This document shows, one piece after another, positions 9,203-20,695 of a DNA stretch of 64,000 bases (positions are counted from its first letter, which is position 1; the number at the start of each line of letters is the position of its first letter). A program made the translations under genes and the position numbers. The stretch is taken from NCBI GenBank assembly GCA_052145015.1, contig JBKQPN010000102.1:12310-76309 (forward strand), in the 5' to 3' direction. Origin of the DNA: Terriglobales bacterium (lineage in GTDB: Bacteria > Acidobacteriota > Terriglobia > Terriglobales > Acidobacteriaceae). A model generated the notes under the pieces. It was not told the DNA's origin and did not search any database. It saw only the letters and a program-made list of their open reading frames with translations.

Positions 9203-11124
9203 TGCACCAGAACGGGCGCCGACTTGTGCTGCGCGAACCAATGTCCCAATGTCACCATCGCCCAGACGCGCGACCACGCCGGGCTCCTGGGTTCTCGTAA
9301 GAAGGTTTGCGTGATGGGTGCGATCCCTGCGGGATCGATGAGGCCGGAGTTCTTGAGCGAACGCAAACTCTCTTCCATGGTCTCGCGCAGCGGTCCCAGC
9401 AACCACAGGCCGATGGGAGGCATGAAGCCGCGCTTGCCCTGCTCCAACTGAGCAGGGGTATAGAGGCCCTCACACATGGTGCGCAACAGGTGCTTGGAAG
9501 GAGCGCCCTTGGGCAAGAGCAAACCGCCGGGCAGGCGGAAGGCCCAGTCCACCAGGTCGAGGTCGAGCAGCGGCACGCGGATCTCGAGCGAGTTGGCCAT
9601 GCCGAAGACGTCGCTGTCGCGCAGCAGCACGTTCTCCAGATAAAACGCCGACTCCAGGCGCGCCACCGAAGCCACCGGGTCCGATGCCGCCACCCACCCG
9701 TCGCAGTTCAGCTCCGGAACCTGGTAGTTCGGCGTGAGATCCAGTTCCGCAAATCCGAGGCCGAGCCGCGTTAGACCTTGGTCGGAGAGCAGGCGGCGGG
9801 TGTGGAAGTAGATGGCGAGGAAATCCGGGCCGGCGGTGGCGATGTCCGCGGCTTTGGAGCGCACCACCGAGTTCATGGATAGCGCGAGGTTGCGCGCCAG
9901 CGCCGCGCGCCAGCTCGGTGGCAGCGACGCCATCCACGCCATCGCGCGGTGGAGGCGCGGGACGCGGCGGAAGCTGTTGTATCCGGCGAACAGTTCGTCG
10001 CCGCCCATGCCGGAGAGCGCCACGCTGATGCCCTGCTCGTGCACCGCCCGCGCTACCAGGTAGGTGTTGAAGCCGTCCATCGAGGGTTGGTCCATGGCGG
10101 CGAGGGCGTCGCGCATCCATGCCAGCGCGGTCGATTCCTCTACCGGATACTCGTGATACTGCACGCCGAAGCGCGCCGCGGTGATGCGCGCGATGGCGGC
10201 CTCGTCGTACACAGGATCGTCGGAGAATGAGACGGTGAAAGCGTTGAGGTGATCGGCCGCACTCTGGAACCGGCGCGCGATGCCCAGCACGGCGGTGGAA
10301 TCGAGACCCGAGCTCAAAAAGATGCCGACGCGCACGTCGCTGAGCAGATGGCGGCGCACCGACTGCTCGAGCAACGTGCGGCCTTCTTCCGCCACTTCCT
10401 CCAGGCTGCGCTGGCGCTCGCCGTCGGGCCGCGGGAATTGCCAGTACGTGCCCTGGGCAGTCGAGCGTCCGAGGCTGTCGAATTCTTTCCACGCGCCGCG
10501 CGCCAGGGCGAAGACGCCTTCGAACAGCGTGAGCGGTTCCTGCACCGCGCCGTACGCAAGATAACCGGCGAGAGCGCGCTGGCTGACCACCGGCGGCGCC
10601 AGGCCGCTGCTCATCAGGGCGCGGACTTCCGAGGCGCACACGAACCATTCACCTTCGCGCGCGGCATAGTAGAGCGGCTTGATGCCGAGATGATCGCGGG
10701 CAATCAGCAGGCGCGAACGGCGCGCGTCCCAGAGGGCGAAGGCGAACATGCCGCGCAGACGCGGAAGGCAATCGACGCCCCAATGCTGATAGGCGCGCAG
10801 CAGCACTTCGGTGTCGCTGTGGCCGCGGAAGGTGAAGCCCGCTTGTTGCAGCTCGCGGCGGAGGTCGGGCGAGTTGTAGATCTCGCCGTTGTATACCAGC
10901 ACGTCGCCGGTGTCGGGATTGTGCATGGGCTGGTGCCCGTGCGGAGAGAGGTCGAGGATGGCCAGCCGGCGGTTGCCCAGGCCCACGATCCCGCCGCCCA
11001 CCTGCAACACGATGGCGCCCTGGTCATCGGGACCGCGATGCGCCTGGGCGTCGTTCATGGTGTGGACCATGGCCGCGGCGCATTCCGGTTTGTGCTTCCC
11101 CAGCAATGCGGCGATTCCGCACAT
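9199..11124 (-). CDS. Asparagine synthase (glutamine-hydrolysing) family amidotransferase, EPS-associated type
   Basis: 641 aa. MCGIA Ntn N-terminus (Cys2). PP-loop FLSSGLDST. Sits inside a polysaccharide locus. Confidence 0.9.
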   Translation of the reverse strand: MCGIAALLGKHKPECAAAMVHTMNDAQAHRGPDDQGAIVLQVGGGIVGLGNRRLAILDLSPHGHQPMHNPDTGDVLVYNGEIYNSPDLRRELQQAGFTFRGHSDTEVLLRAYQHWGVDCLPRLRGMFAFALWDARRSRLLIARDHLGIKPLYYAAREGEWFVCASEVRALMSSGLAPPVVSQRALAGYLAYGAVQEPLTLFEGVFALARGAWKEFDSLGRSTAQGTYWQFPRPDGERQRSLEEVAEEGRTLLEQSVRRHLLSDVRVGIFLSSGLDSTAVLGIARRFQSAADHLNAFTVSFSDDPVYDEAAIARITAARFGVQYHEYPVEESTALAWMRDALAAMDQPSMDGFNTYLVARAVHEQGISVALSGMGGDELFAGYNSFRRVPRLHRAMAWMASLPPSWRAALARNLALSMNSVVRSKAADIATAGPDFLAIYFHTRRLLSDQGLTRLGLGFAELDLTPNYQVPELNCDGWVAASDPVASVARLESAFYLENVLLRDSDVFGMANSLEIRVPLLDLDLVDWAFRLPGGLLLPKGAPSKHLLRTMCEGLYTPAQLEQGKRGFMPPIGLWLLGPLRETMEESLRSLKNSGLIDPAGIAPITQTFLREPRSPAWSRVWAMVTLGHWFAQHKSAPVLVQ

Positions 11125-11227
11125 TCAGTCGGTCACGACTCCTTGCAAGGGATGGAAATGCGCAGGCTCGATGGGCTCGGCTTGGTGTGAGTGGCCCGTG
11201 ATGTAGCGCAGCAAAAAAAATCCAGAG

Positions 11228-12424
11228 TCAGGGAGCACTTTGTTCTTTGAGCACGAGCTTACCATAGAGTTCGAGCATCGCCCGGCTGACTGTTTCCCAA
11301 CTGAATTCCTCCTCCATCCAGCGGCGGCCGCGCTGGCCCATCTCGGCGAGTGGCATGTGGCTGATGCGCTCGATGGCCGCGGCCAGGGTGGCGGGATCGT
11401 TCTCCACCCAGAGGCCGCATCCGCGCGCTTCGACTCCGGCCCACGGAGTGCCCTTGCTCGCGATCACGGGAACACCGTGCGCCAGCGCCTCGGCCACCAC
11501 CATGGCGAAATTTTCCGTGTGCGAGGGAAAGACCGCGAGGTCGCTGGCGGCGAACAGATCGGTCTTGGCCTGGCCGCGCACCTCGCCCACAAAGCTGACG
11601 TGTTCGCGCAATCCCAGTTGGCGAGCGCTTTCCTCGAGCGCGGCGCTGTAGTCCGCATCGCCCGCGCCCGCGATGGTCAAGCACCAAGGCTTCGCGACTT
11701 GCAGTCGCTGGCAGGCGGCGAGCAGGTTCTCGATGCCTTTCTTGGGATCAAGACGGCCGAGGAACAGCAGCCGCAGGCCTCCTGAACCGTTACGGCGATC
11801 GATCCGCAGCGGCAGTTCGACGCCGTTGGGGATCACCGCGGCTCGGACGCCGGGAAACCTGGCTGCGCTCTCCGCGGCTTCCTGCTCCGAAGTGACGTGC
11901 AGGACCATGCCTCGCGGAGCGAGCCTGCCACAGAGGCTTTCCCATCCTGCCTTCAGCCCCGGACGCCGCGAGTTCGGCCAGCGTTGCAGCGCGCCACGCG
12001 GCGACCACACCAGCGGCTTCTGGAGCCAGCGGCACGCCGCCAGCGTGGGCAGCGTGGGGAAGTTGTAAACCGCGGTGAGGTGGACCAGGTCGGCCCAGCG
12101 TATCGAAGGCGTCAGCCACCGCGCCAGTTGCGGAGAGACGGAATGGCGGAAAATTCGTGGACAGTACCGCACGGAAACGCCCGGCGGCAGCGTGACCGGT
12201 GCGTCCTTGGCGACGTCGAGCACGGCGCCCAGGCCGTTGGCGTCGGTGGTCAGCACGTGCACTTCGCAGCCCTGGCGCACCAGTCCGGAGCACAGCTCGT
12301 AGACGGAAGTAATGGGACCGCCGTAGTTGAAGGCGGGATAGAAAGACGGCACGATGTGCAGAACCTTCACGCCGGAAGGCTCGCGAATGAGTTGTGGTAC
12401 TCTCGTTTCACCAGTGATCCCCAT
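11228..12424 (-). CDS. Glycosyltransferase family 1/4 (GT-B)
   Basis: Only the C-terminal about 399 aa of track ORF 11228..13324 is protein-like: VKVLHIVPSFYPAFNYGGP, and FPSHTENFAMVVAEALAHGVPVIAS (E-x7-E region). Start is ATG 12424 or GTG 12370. Confidence 0.8.
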   Translation of the reverse strand: MGITGETRVPQLIREPSGVKVLHIVPSFYPAFNYGGPITSVYELCSGLVRQGCEVHVLTTDANGLGAVLDVAKDAPVTLPPGVSVRYCPRIFRHSVSPQLARWLTPSIRWADLVHLTAVYNFPTLPTLAACRWLQKPLVWSPRGALQRWPNSRRPGLKAGWESLCGRLAPRGMVLHVTSEQEAAESAARFPGVRAAVIPNGVELPLRIDRRNGSGGLRLLFLGRLDPKKGIENLLAACQRLQVAKPWCLTIAGAGDADYSAALEESARQLGLREHVSFVGEVRGQAKTDLFAASDLAVFPSHTENFAMVVAEALAHGVPVIASKGTPWAGVEARGCGLWVENDPATLAAAIERISHMPLAEMGQRGRRWMEEEFSWETVSRAMLELYGKLVLKEQSAP

Positions 12425-12430
12425 TCTGCC

Positions 12431-13462
12431 ATGAGTGCGCGACTTCGTCGCAAAGTTGTGCTGGTAACCTCCGGGTTGGGGACGGCACACGGCGGCATCG
12501 GCGTGGTTTCGCAATCGATCCTGAAAGCGCTGGCCGGCGAGCACGAGGTGGCGCTGTGGCGGCATCCGGTCGCTCTGCCGCGCTTTCTGCGCCGGGGAAT
12601 GTTCGCGGCGCGCGCTCTGTGGGGCTCGCTGAGCCGGCCGGACTTCGTTTTCTACGAACATGTTCACCTGGCCGCCATCCACCACCTGCTGCCCCGGCTG
12701 AAGGGAGTGCCGTACGGCGTCTTCCTGCACGGCATCGAGGTCTGGGAACCGCTGGTCGCACGGCGGCGCGAGGCGCTGCTGCAGGCCAGCATTCTGCTCT
12801 CCAACTCCGCGGCCACGGTGACGGCCGCGCGCGCGGTGAACCCGTGGCTGCCGGAAGTCCAGGTGACCTGGCTGGGAGTGCCGCGGCGCCAAACCGCGGT
12901 GCGGGCCGGCGAACTGCCGCCGGTGGGGCTGATCGTGGGGCGCATGGCCTCGGTGGAGCGCCTCAAAGGGCACGATCCCGTGCTCGATGCATGGCCGGAA
13001 GTGCGCAAATCCATTCCCGCCGCCAGGCTGCTCATCGTCGGCGCCGGTAATGACCAGGCCCGGCTCCGGCGGCGCGTCGCCCAGGAACAGATCGCCGGAG
13101 TCGAATTCCTCGGACGCTTGAGCGACCAGGAACGCGACCAACTCTACGCGCGCTGCCGGCTGTTCTTCTTTCCCTCCAAGCAGGAGGGGTTCGGCCTGGC
13201 TGGAGTGGAGGCGGCAGCCGCGGGCGTGCCGGTCATGGGGCTGGCAGGAACCGTGATGAGCGAACTCTTTCCCAACGGCGGCGCCATCCTTGTCGACGAT
13301 CTCCTGGCTTCCACCATCACGCAAGCCGCCGTACGCGTGCTAGGCGATTCCGCGTACGCCACCGCCGTGGGACTCGCGGCCCGCCAGCGCGTGGAAGAGA
13401 ACTTCCTGGAAGAACACTTCATCGCACGCTTCCAGGCAGCGCTGAAGCCGCTGTTGCAATAG
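12431..13462 (+). CDS. Glycosyltransferase family 1 (GT-B)
   Basis: Internal ATG at 12431 of track ORF 11897..13462 gives MSARLRRKVVLVTSGLGTAHGGIG. C-terminal FFFPSKQEGFGLAGVEAAAAGVPVMG. Confidence 0.8.
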   Translation: MSARLRRKVVLVTSGLGTAHGGIGVVSQSILKALAGEHEVALWRHPVALPRFLRRGMFAARALWGSLSRPDFVFYEHVHLAAIHHLLPRLKGVPYGVFLHGIEVWEPLVARRREALLQASILLSNSAATVTAARAVNPWLPEVQVTWLGVPRRQTAVRAGELPPVGLIVGRMASVERLKGHDPVLDAWPEVRKSIPAARLLIVGAGNDQARLRRRVAQEQIAGVEFLGRLSDQERDQLYARCRLFFFPSKQEGFGLAGVEAAAAGVPVMGLAGTVMSELFPNGGAILVDDLLASTITQAAVRVLGDSAYATAVGLAARQRVEENFLEEHFIARFQAALKPLLQ

Positions 13463-13635
13463 TCAGGCCCGGGTTGTGCAAAACCTTGCACATACGGCCA
13501 ACCGTCCCGCGGTTTGCTTTTCTGCCAAAAAGTCGGTCTTTTCTGTGGGTTAGGCTGCGCGGCGATTTGGTCCGGCGATTGCACCATAAAGGTTGCAGTC
13601 AGGGCCGATCTTTTCGGCAACAAGGGACAAAGCAA

Positions 13636-14475
13636 ATGAGAACCATGGTTAGCAGGCTTGCCATTTCAGCGGCGCTGTTGATGCTGGTGGCGGTTGGGGT
13701 GGCCAACGCACAGAATTGCAGCAGCTCGATCCAGGCTTGTGGATGCACCATTAACTCAGCGGGCGCCTATACCGTAGACTCGGATCTGACCGCGGCTCAG
13801 GGCCTCACTTCTCGCGGCAGTTGCATCGACGTAGCCGCAGCCAACGTCAAGCTCTTCACCAACGGTCACAACATCACCGGGGCCGGAACTGGAACCGGTG
13901 TCGGCATTAATCTGCTGTCGACCGCCGGCAGTCTTTTCCTCGCCGCCGCAGGCCCCAACAGCACGTACACCACGGTCAGCGGCTGGCAATACGGGATGCA
14001 GAGTCTGGCGGACAACGTGACCTCGGAAGGCTTCTACTTCTCCGGCAACACCACGGGCGTGCTGATAAAAGACGCGGATAACAACAACGTCAGTTGCTTT
14101 GGCGCCTATAACAACTCCGTTTACGGGGTGTGGGTGCGGGCTGGATCCGGCAATCAGATCGATTTCGGCGGGGCATGGAACAACGGAGTCGCCGGGGTTT
14201 ACCTCGGCTGCTCGGGTACCGGGCCCTCCGGACAGGCGTGCACGGGAAGCTCCCACTCGCCCAGTGGCAACTTCATCTTCGAGGTCTTTTCCTATCCTGG
14301 CCCGCCCCCGCAGAGCTATGGCATCGCGGTGGAGAAGGGCAGCAAGCAGAACTCGATCGTGGACAACTTTTTCCTCAGCAACTCGGTGGATGATCTCTTT
14401 GATGGCAACACCAGCGGCGCGAACGTGTGGCATGCGAACAAATACGCGACTGCCAATCAAAGCTTCATTCAATAG
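13636..14475 (+). CDS. Secreted right-handed beta-helix repeat protein
   Basis: ATG at 13636 gives a signal peptide (MRTMVSRLAISAALLMLVAVGVANA). Repeated G-x-G/N-rich turns follow (NGHNITGAGTGTGVGINL, NNSVYGVWVRAGSGNQI, NNGVAGVYLG). Lower GC than the flanks. Confidence 0.6.
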   Translation: MRTMVSRLAISAALLMLVAVGVANAQNCSSSIQACGCTINSAGAYTVDSDLTAAQGLTSRGSCIDVAAANVKLFTNGHNITGAGTGTGVGINLLSTAGSLFLAAAGPNSTYTTVSGWQYGMQSLADNVTSEGFYFSGNTTGVLIKDADNNNVSCFGAYNNSVYGVWVRAGSGNQIDFGGAWNNGVAGVYLGCSGTGPSGQACTGSSHSPSGNFIFEVFSYPGPPPQSYGIAVEKGSKQNSIVDNFFLSNSVDDLFDGNTSGANVWHANKYATANQSFIQ

Positions 14476-14586
14476 GTTGCAGCATCGAGAGGTACGTTTG
14501 GTTCGAAGCGAATGTCCCTGAACGACCGCGGCCCCCACCCGGGCCGCGGGGAGAAAAACAGCTCCCATTGACCCTTGTCTCCTTGC

Positions 14587-14613
14587 AGCCGCCTAACCGG
14601 GCGGCTTTTTTAT
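14587..14613 (+). terminator. Rho-independent terminator
   Basis: AGCCGCC-taaccg-GGCGGCT followed by TTTTTTATT, downstream of the beta-helix gene. Confidence 0.7.
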
Positions 14614-14647
14614 TGCCGGACGGTTTTGGCCAGAGGGGACCCGATCC

Positions 14648-15688
14648 TCAGTATCCCACCTGTTTGTCCACCAGGCCGAGCAGGGGGGCGCCGGCAAGAT
14701 AGCGCCGGAGGTTCTCCTTGATCAGCGCGTAGTGGCGCTCCCACATCTTGTCGGTGGTGGCGGCGGTGTGGGGCGTGATCAGCAGGCTGTCCAGCTCCCA
14801 GAGCGGCGAACCCGCAGGCAATGGTTCCTGGTCGAAGACGTCGAGGGCGGCGCCGCCGATGCGGCGGTTCCGCAGCGCCTCGGTCAGAGCCGCCTCATCA
14901 ATCAGCGCGCCGCGGGCAACGTTGATCACATACGCCTCGGGCTTCATGCGGGCAAGACGCTCGGCGTTGATGATGCGCTGCGTCTTGTCGGTGAGCGGCG
15001 CGGCGAGAACAAGGAAGTCGGATTGCGAAATGACCTCGTCGAGGCGGTCGAGGCCGAAGGTCTCGATGGTGGATAGGGGTCCCTCGACTCGCGCGCCAAC
15101 CCCGGGCGCGCTCGCTCGGGATGACAGGGCGTTGTTGTTCTTGTCGGGATGCTGGCGGACGACCAGCACGCGCATTCCCAGCGCCGCGGCGCTGCGGGCG
15201 ACTTCGCTGCCGATCGCGCCGTAGCCGATCAGTCCCAGGGTCGAGCCGGCGAGTTCCGTCGGATGCGGATGCTGGCAGCTAACCTGTTCCTGCGCCCACA
15301 CCTGCTGTTGCTGGTAGCGCACCGCCGCGGGCAGACGCTTGGCGAGCGCAAACATGAGCGCAATAGCGTGCTCGGCGACCACCGGCCCGTGAACCGAGCG
15401 GGCGTTGGTAACGACGATGTCGCTCGCGCGCAGCTCGGGCGACATCAACTGGTGGACCGCGGCGGCGGTGGAATGGATCCAGCGCAGCTTCTTCGCGGCG
15501 CGGACCTGCTCGCCCCGCAGCGACCATCCGAAGAAAATCTCGGCATCACGAATGTGCTCATCGACATTTTTGTAGGTGTTGCGCTGTTCCGCTTCGATCT
15601 GCGGGAAGTCGCGATGAATGCGCTCGCCCAGCCACTGGGGCGCGCACCAGAGAGCGAAGGGATGCTGGATAAGAATCAGTAATTTCAT
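14648..15688 (-). CDS. D-isomer-specific 2-hydroxyacid dehydrogenase family
   Basis: 346 aa. NAD-binding LGLIGYGAIGSEVA. ARGALIDEAAL and HTAATT motifs. About 20-aa insertion (KNNNALSSRASAPGVGARVEG). Confidence 0.85.
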   Translation of the reverse strand: MKLLILIQHPFALWCAPQWLGERIHRDFPQIEAEQRNTYKNVDEHIRDAEIFFGWSLRGEQVRAAKKLRWIHSTAAAVHQLMSPELRASDIVVTNARSVHGPVVAEHAIALMFALAKRLPAAVRYQQQQVWAQEQVSCQHPHPTELAGSTLGLIGYGAIGSEVARSAAALGMRVLVVRQHPDKNNNALSSRASAPGVGARVEGPLSTIETFGLDRLDEVISQSDFLVLAAPLTDKTQRIINAERLARMKPEAYVINVARGALIDEAALTEALRNRRIGGAALDVFDQEPLPAGSPLWELDSLLITPHTAATTDKMWERHYALIKENLRRYLAGAPLLGLVDKQVGY

Positions 15689-15692
15689 TTTC

Positions 15693-15774
15693 GCCGCGGA
15701 TGAACGCGGATCAACGCGGATGTCAAACCAGAGATTTTAATTGATTCGCCCGGCGTCCTCCGCGTCCTCTGCGG
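15693..15774. repeat. Two different tandem arrays flanking an AT-rich spacer
   Basis: (AACGCGGATS)x3 at 15693..15722 and GTCCTCCGCGTCCTCTGCGG at 15752..15774. Only partly complementary (CGCGGA/TCCGCG). Confidence 0.7.
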
Positions 15775-15777
15775 TTT

Positions 15778-17397
15778 TCATTTCTTGGCAGGATCTATAG
15801 GTAAGCGCAAATCGTGGCCGGTCATTTCCTTGGGCTGCGGAATACCGAGGATACCGAGCACGGTCGGCGAAATGTCCTGCAGTGCGCCGTCGGGGCGGAG
15901 ACTGAATTTCGTGTCCTGATCGCTGACAATGATGAGCGGCACCGGATTGGTGGTGTGCGCGGTGTGCGGGCCTCCCGTGGCGGGATCGATCATCATCTCG
16001 GCGTTGCCGTGGTCGGCGGTAACCATCATGGCGGCACCCTTCTGGCGCACCGCGGTGTAGATGCGGCCGAGGCAGGCGTCCACGGTTTCGACCGCCTGGA
16101 TGGTGGGCGGGATCTTGCCGGAGTGGCCGACCATGTCGGCGTTGGCGAAGTTGACGACGATCACGTCGAAGGCGGTATCGTTCACCGCTTTGACCACGGC
16201 GTCGGCGATGCCGCTGGCCGACATTTCCGGCTTCAGGTCATAGGTCGCGACCTTGGGTGAAGGCACCAGCACGCGGTCTTCGCCAGGAAACGGCTGCTCC
16301 ACGCCGCCGTTGAAGAAGTAGGTGACGTGCGCGTACTTTTCGGTTTCGGCCACGCGCAGGTTGCGCAGGTGCAGGTTGGCCATGACGTTGGCCAGGATAT
16401 TGGAGAGCGCTTCCGGCGCCACCACGTAGGGCAGCGTGAACTGCTTGTCGTAACGAGTCATGCACAGGTAATGCAGGTTGGCGGGGACGCGCTCGCGCGG
16501 AATGGTGCGATCGAGATCTTCGGCGCCGGGCAGCTCGCGTCCGTCTTCCGCCGAAAGATGGCTCTTGCGGGCAAGAGCACGCGTGATCTGGCGGGCGCGG
16601 TCGGCGCGAAAATTGAAGTCGATACACGCGTCGTCATCGCGAACGCGGGCCAGTGGCTCTCCGCGATTATCCACGCAAACGAAGGGCAGGACGAACTCGT
16701 CGGTCACTCCCTTGTTGTAGGAATCCTTCACGCCCTGCACCGGATCGATGTATGTGCCGCCCTCGCCCTTGCCTTCGACCATCGCGGCGAAGGCTTTCTC
16801 GATGCGCTCCCAGCGGCGGTCGCGGTCCATGGCGTAGTAGCGGCCTTCGATCGAAGCGATCTTCCCGACGCCGTACTCGCGCATCTTCTGCTGGAGTTGC
16901 TCGATGTAGCCGGCGCCATTGGTGGGCAGGGTGTCGCGGCCGTCCATGAAGCAGTGGAGGAAGACGCGATCCACGCCGTTCTGCTTCGCCATGCGCAGGA
17001 GCGCGTAAAGATGCTCCTCGGAAGAGTGCACGCCGCCATCGGAGAGCAGTCCGAAGATGTGCAAGCGGCGCCCGCCCGTGCGCGCGTGCTTGATGGCCGC
17101 CAGCAGCTCGGGGTTGGAGAAAAACTCTCCGTTCTGGATCATCAGGTCGAGGCGGGTGATGTCCATGTACACCACGCGGCCGGCGCCGATGTTGAGGTGC
17201 CCGACCTCGCTGTTGCCCATCTGCCCGTCGGGCAGCCCGACGTAGCGACCGCTGGTGTGGATGAGCGTGTTGGGATAATCGCGCAGAAGCTGATCGTAGA
17301 TGGGCTTGCGCGCCAGCGAGATGGCGTTGGCCTTCGAGGGCGGCGCGTATCCCCAGCCGTCGAGGATGATGAGGACGAGTGGCTTCGGTCTAGGCAT
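15778..17397 (-). CDS. gpmI: 2,3-bisphosphoglycerate-independent phosphoglycerate mutase
   Basis: 539 aa. [35 protein letters not shown]. Confidence 0.95.
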   Translation of the reverse strand: MPRPKPLVLIILDGWGYAPPSKANAISLARKPIYDQLLRDYPNTLIHTSGRYVGLPDGQMGNSEVGHLNIGAGRVVYMDITRLDLMIQNGEFFSNPELLAAIKHARTGGRRLHIFGLLSDGGVHSSEEHLYALLRMAKQNGVDRVFLHCFMDGRDTLPTNGAGYIEQLQQKMREYGVGKIASIEGRYYAMDRDRRWERIEKAFAAMVEGKGEGGTYIDPVQGVKDSYNKGVTDEFVLPFVCVDNRGEPLARVRDDDACIDFNFRADRARQITRALARKSHLSAEDGRELPGAEDLDRTIPRERVPANLHYLCMTRYDKQFTLPYVVAPEALSNILANVMANLHLRNLRVAETEKYAHVTYFFNGGVEQPFPGEDRVLVPSPKVATYDLKPEMSASGIADAVVKAVNDTAFDVIVVNFANADMVGHSGKIPPTIQAVETVDACLGRIYTAVRQKGAAMMVTADHGNAEMMIDPATGGPHTAHTTNPVPLIIVSDQDTKFSLRPDGALQDISPTVLGILGIPQPKEMTGHDLRLPIDPAKK

Positions 17398-17407
17398 GGT
17401 TTCCTTT

Positions 17408-17435
17408 CACCACGGAGACACGGAGGCACAGAGGA
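17408..17435. repeat. One-armed tandem array (CACGGAGA/CACGGAGG/CACAGAGGA)
   Basis: Read directly between the gpmI start and the hicA stop. Confidence 0.8.
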
Positions 17436-17482
17436 ACTTCAGATTGTAGTTGGCGGACCGAAGATTGGGAACCAGGCGAGTC

Positions 17483-17731
17483 TTAGGCACCGAACAGCTT
17501 GATTGCCAGTTGGTTGCGATCAATCTCCAAATAGCTCGCAACCTCAGAGAGGACGCCGCTCAGGGTACCAACCCGAAGAGCCATATGTGCTGGCACGGTG
17601 ATATGGTGCTCTTTGCCGCGAGCCGTGGAAGTCAGACGCAGATGGCTGCCGACCTGGCGCGTGACCCGGTAACCGCACGGTTCAAGCATTTTGGCAAGCT
17701 CGCGGCCGCTCAGGTCACGAGGAAGCTTCAC
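17483..17731 (-). CDS. hicA: HicA-family mRNA interferase toxin
   Basis: 82 aa. LSGRELAKMLEPCGYRVTRQVGSHLRL...HHITVPAH..LRVGTLSGVL fits the HicA/YcfA pattern. GTG start overlaps the hicB stop (GTGA). Confidence 0.75.
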   Translation of the reverse strand: MKLPRDLSGRELAKMLEPCGYRVTRQVGSHLRLTSTARGKEHHITVPAHMALRVGTLSGVLSEVASYLEIDRNQLAIKLFGA

Positions 17732-17940
17732 GCAGGGATGACCTCATCCTTGACAATGTGCAGGCGGATCACAGCGGGGCGCGAGTCTTCCTCGAAATGG
17801 CACTGCACCGCCTCACGCACCATTTTTCGGAGCTCGTCGAGGGTTTCAGCTTGCGTGAAGATAGCGTGTCCCAAAGCGCGAGCCTCAAGCCCGCCCTCTG
17901 GGGACTCTTGCACGGAAAAAATAATCTCACTCGATTTCAT
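17728..17940 (-). CDS. hicB: HicB-like antitoxin, N-terminal domain only (70 aa)
   Basis: IIFSVQESPEGGLEARALGHAIFTQAETLDELRKMVREAVQCHFEE resembles the HicB/UPF0150 fold. No RHH/HTH extension. Confidence 0.65.
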   Translation of the reverse strand: MKSSEIIFSVQESPEGGLEARALGHAIFTQAETLDELRKMVREAVQCHFEEDSRPAVIRLHIVKDEVIPA

Positions 17941-17969
17941 CGCATCGATTATAGGGCATTCTCCGCAAC

Positions 17970-20618
<2,649 letters not shown>

Positions 20619-20695
20619 GTGCTTGCGCCATCGAGTCCGCGATCGATTTTGAACACCTCGAGTTTGAACACAAGGTCAGCCAAGGAGGAATGGTG

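Noticed and set aside
9203-9406. N-terminal extension of the GT2 ORF
   Set aside because: It overlaps the 3' end of the asnB-like gene. The GTG at 9202, overlapping the asnB stop, gives a normal GT2 N-terminus.
11195-11227. A8 run (T8 on the minus strand) after the GT1 stop as a terminator
   Set aside because: No stable stem precedes the T-run on the minus strand.
11897-13324. Mutually antisense extensions of ORFs 11228..13324 (minus strand) and 11897..13462 (plus strand)
   Set aside because: Each ORF is protein-like only in the half that does not overlap the other. They were trimmed to 11228..12424 and 12431..13462.
14526-14549. CCGCGGCCC-ccaccc-GGGCCGCGG hairpin as terminator of the 2-hydroxyacid dehydrogenase gene
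   Set aside because: There is no T-run in the correct orientation for either strand. It is probably just a GC hairpin or REP-like element, and the adjacent 14587..14613 structure is the convincing terminator.
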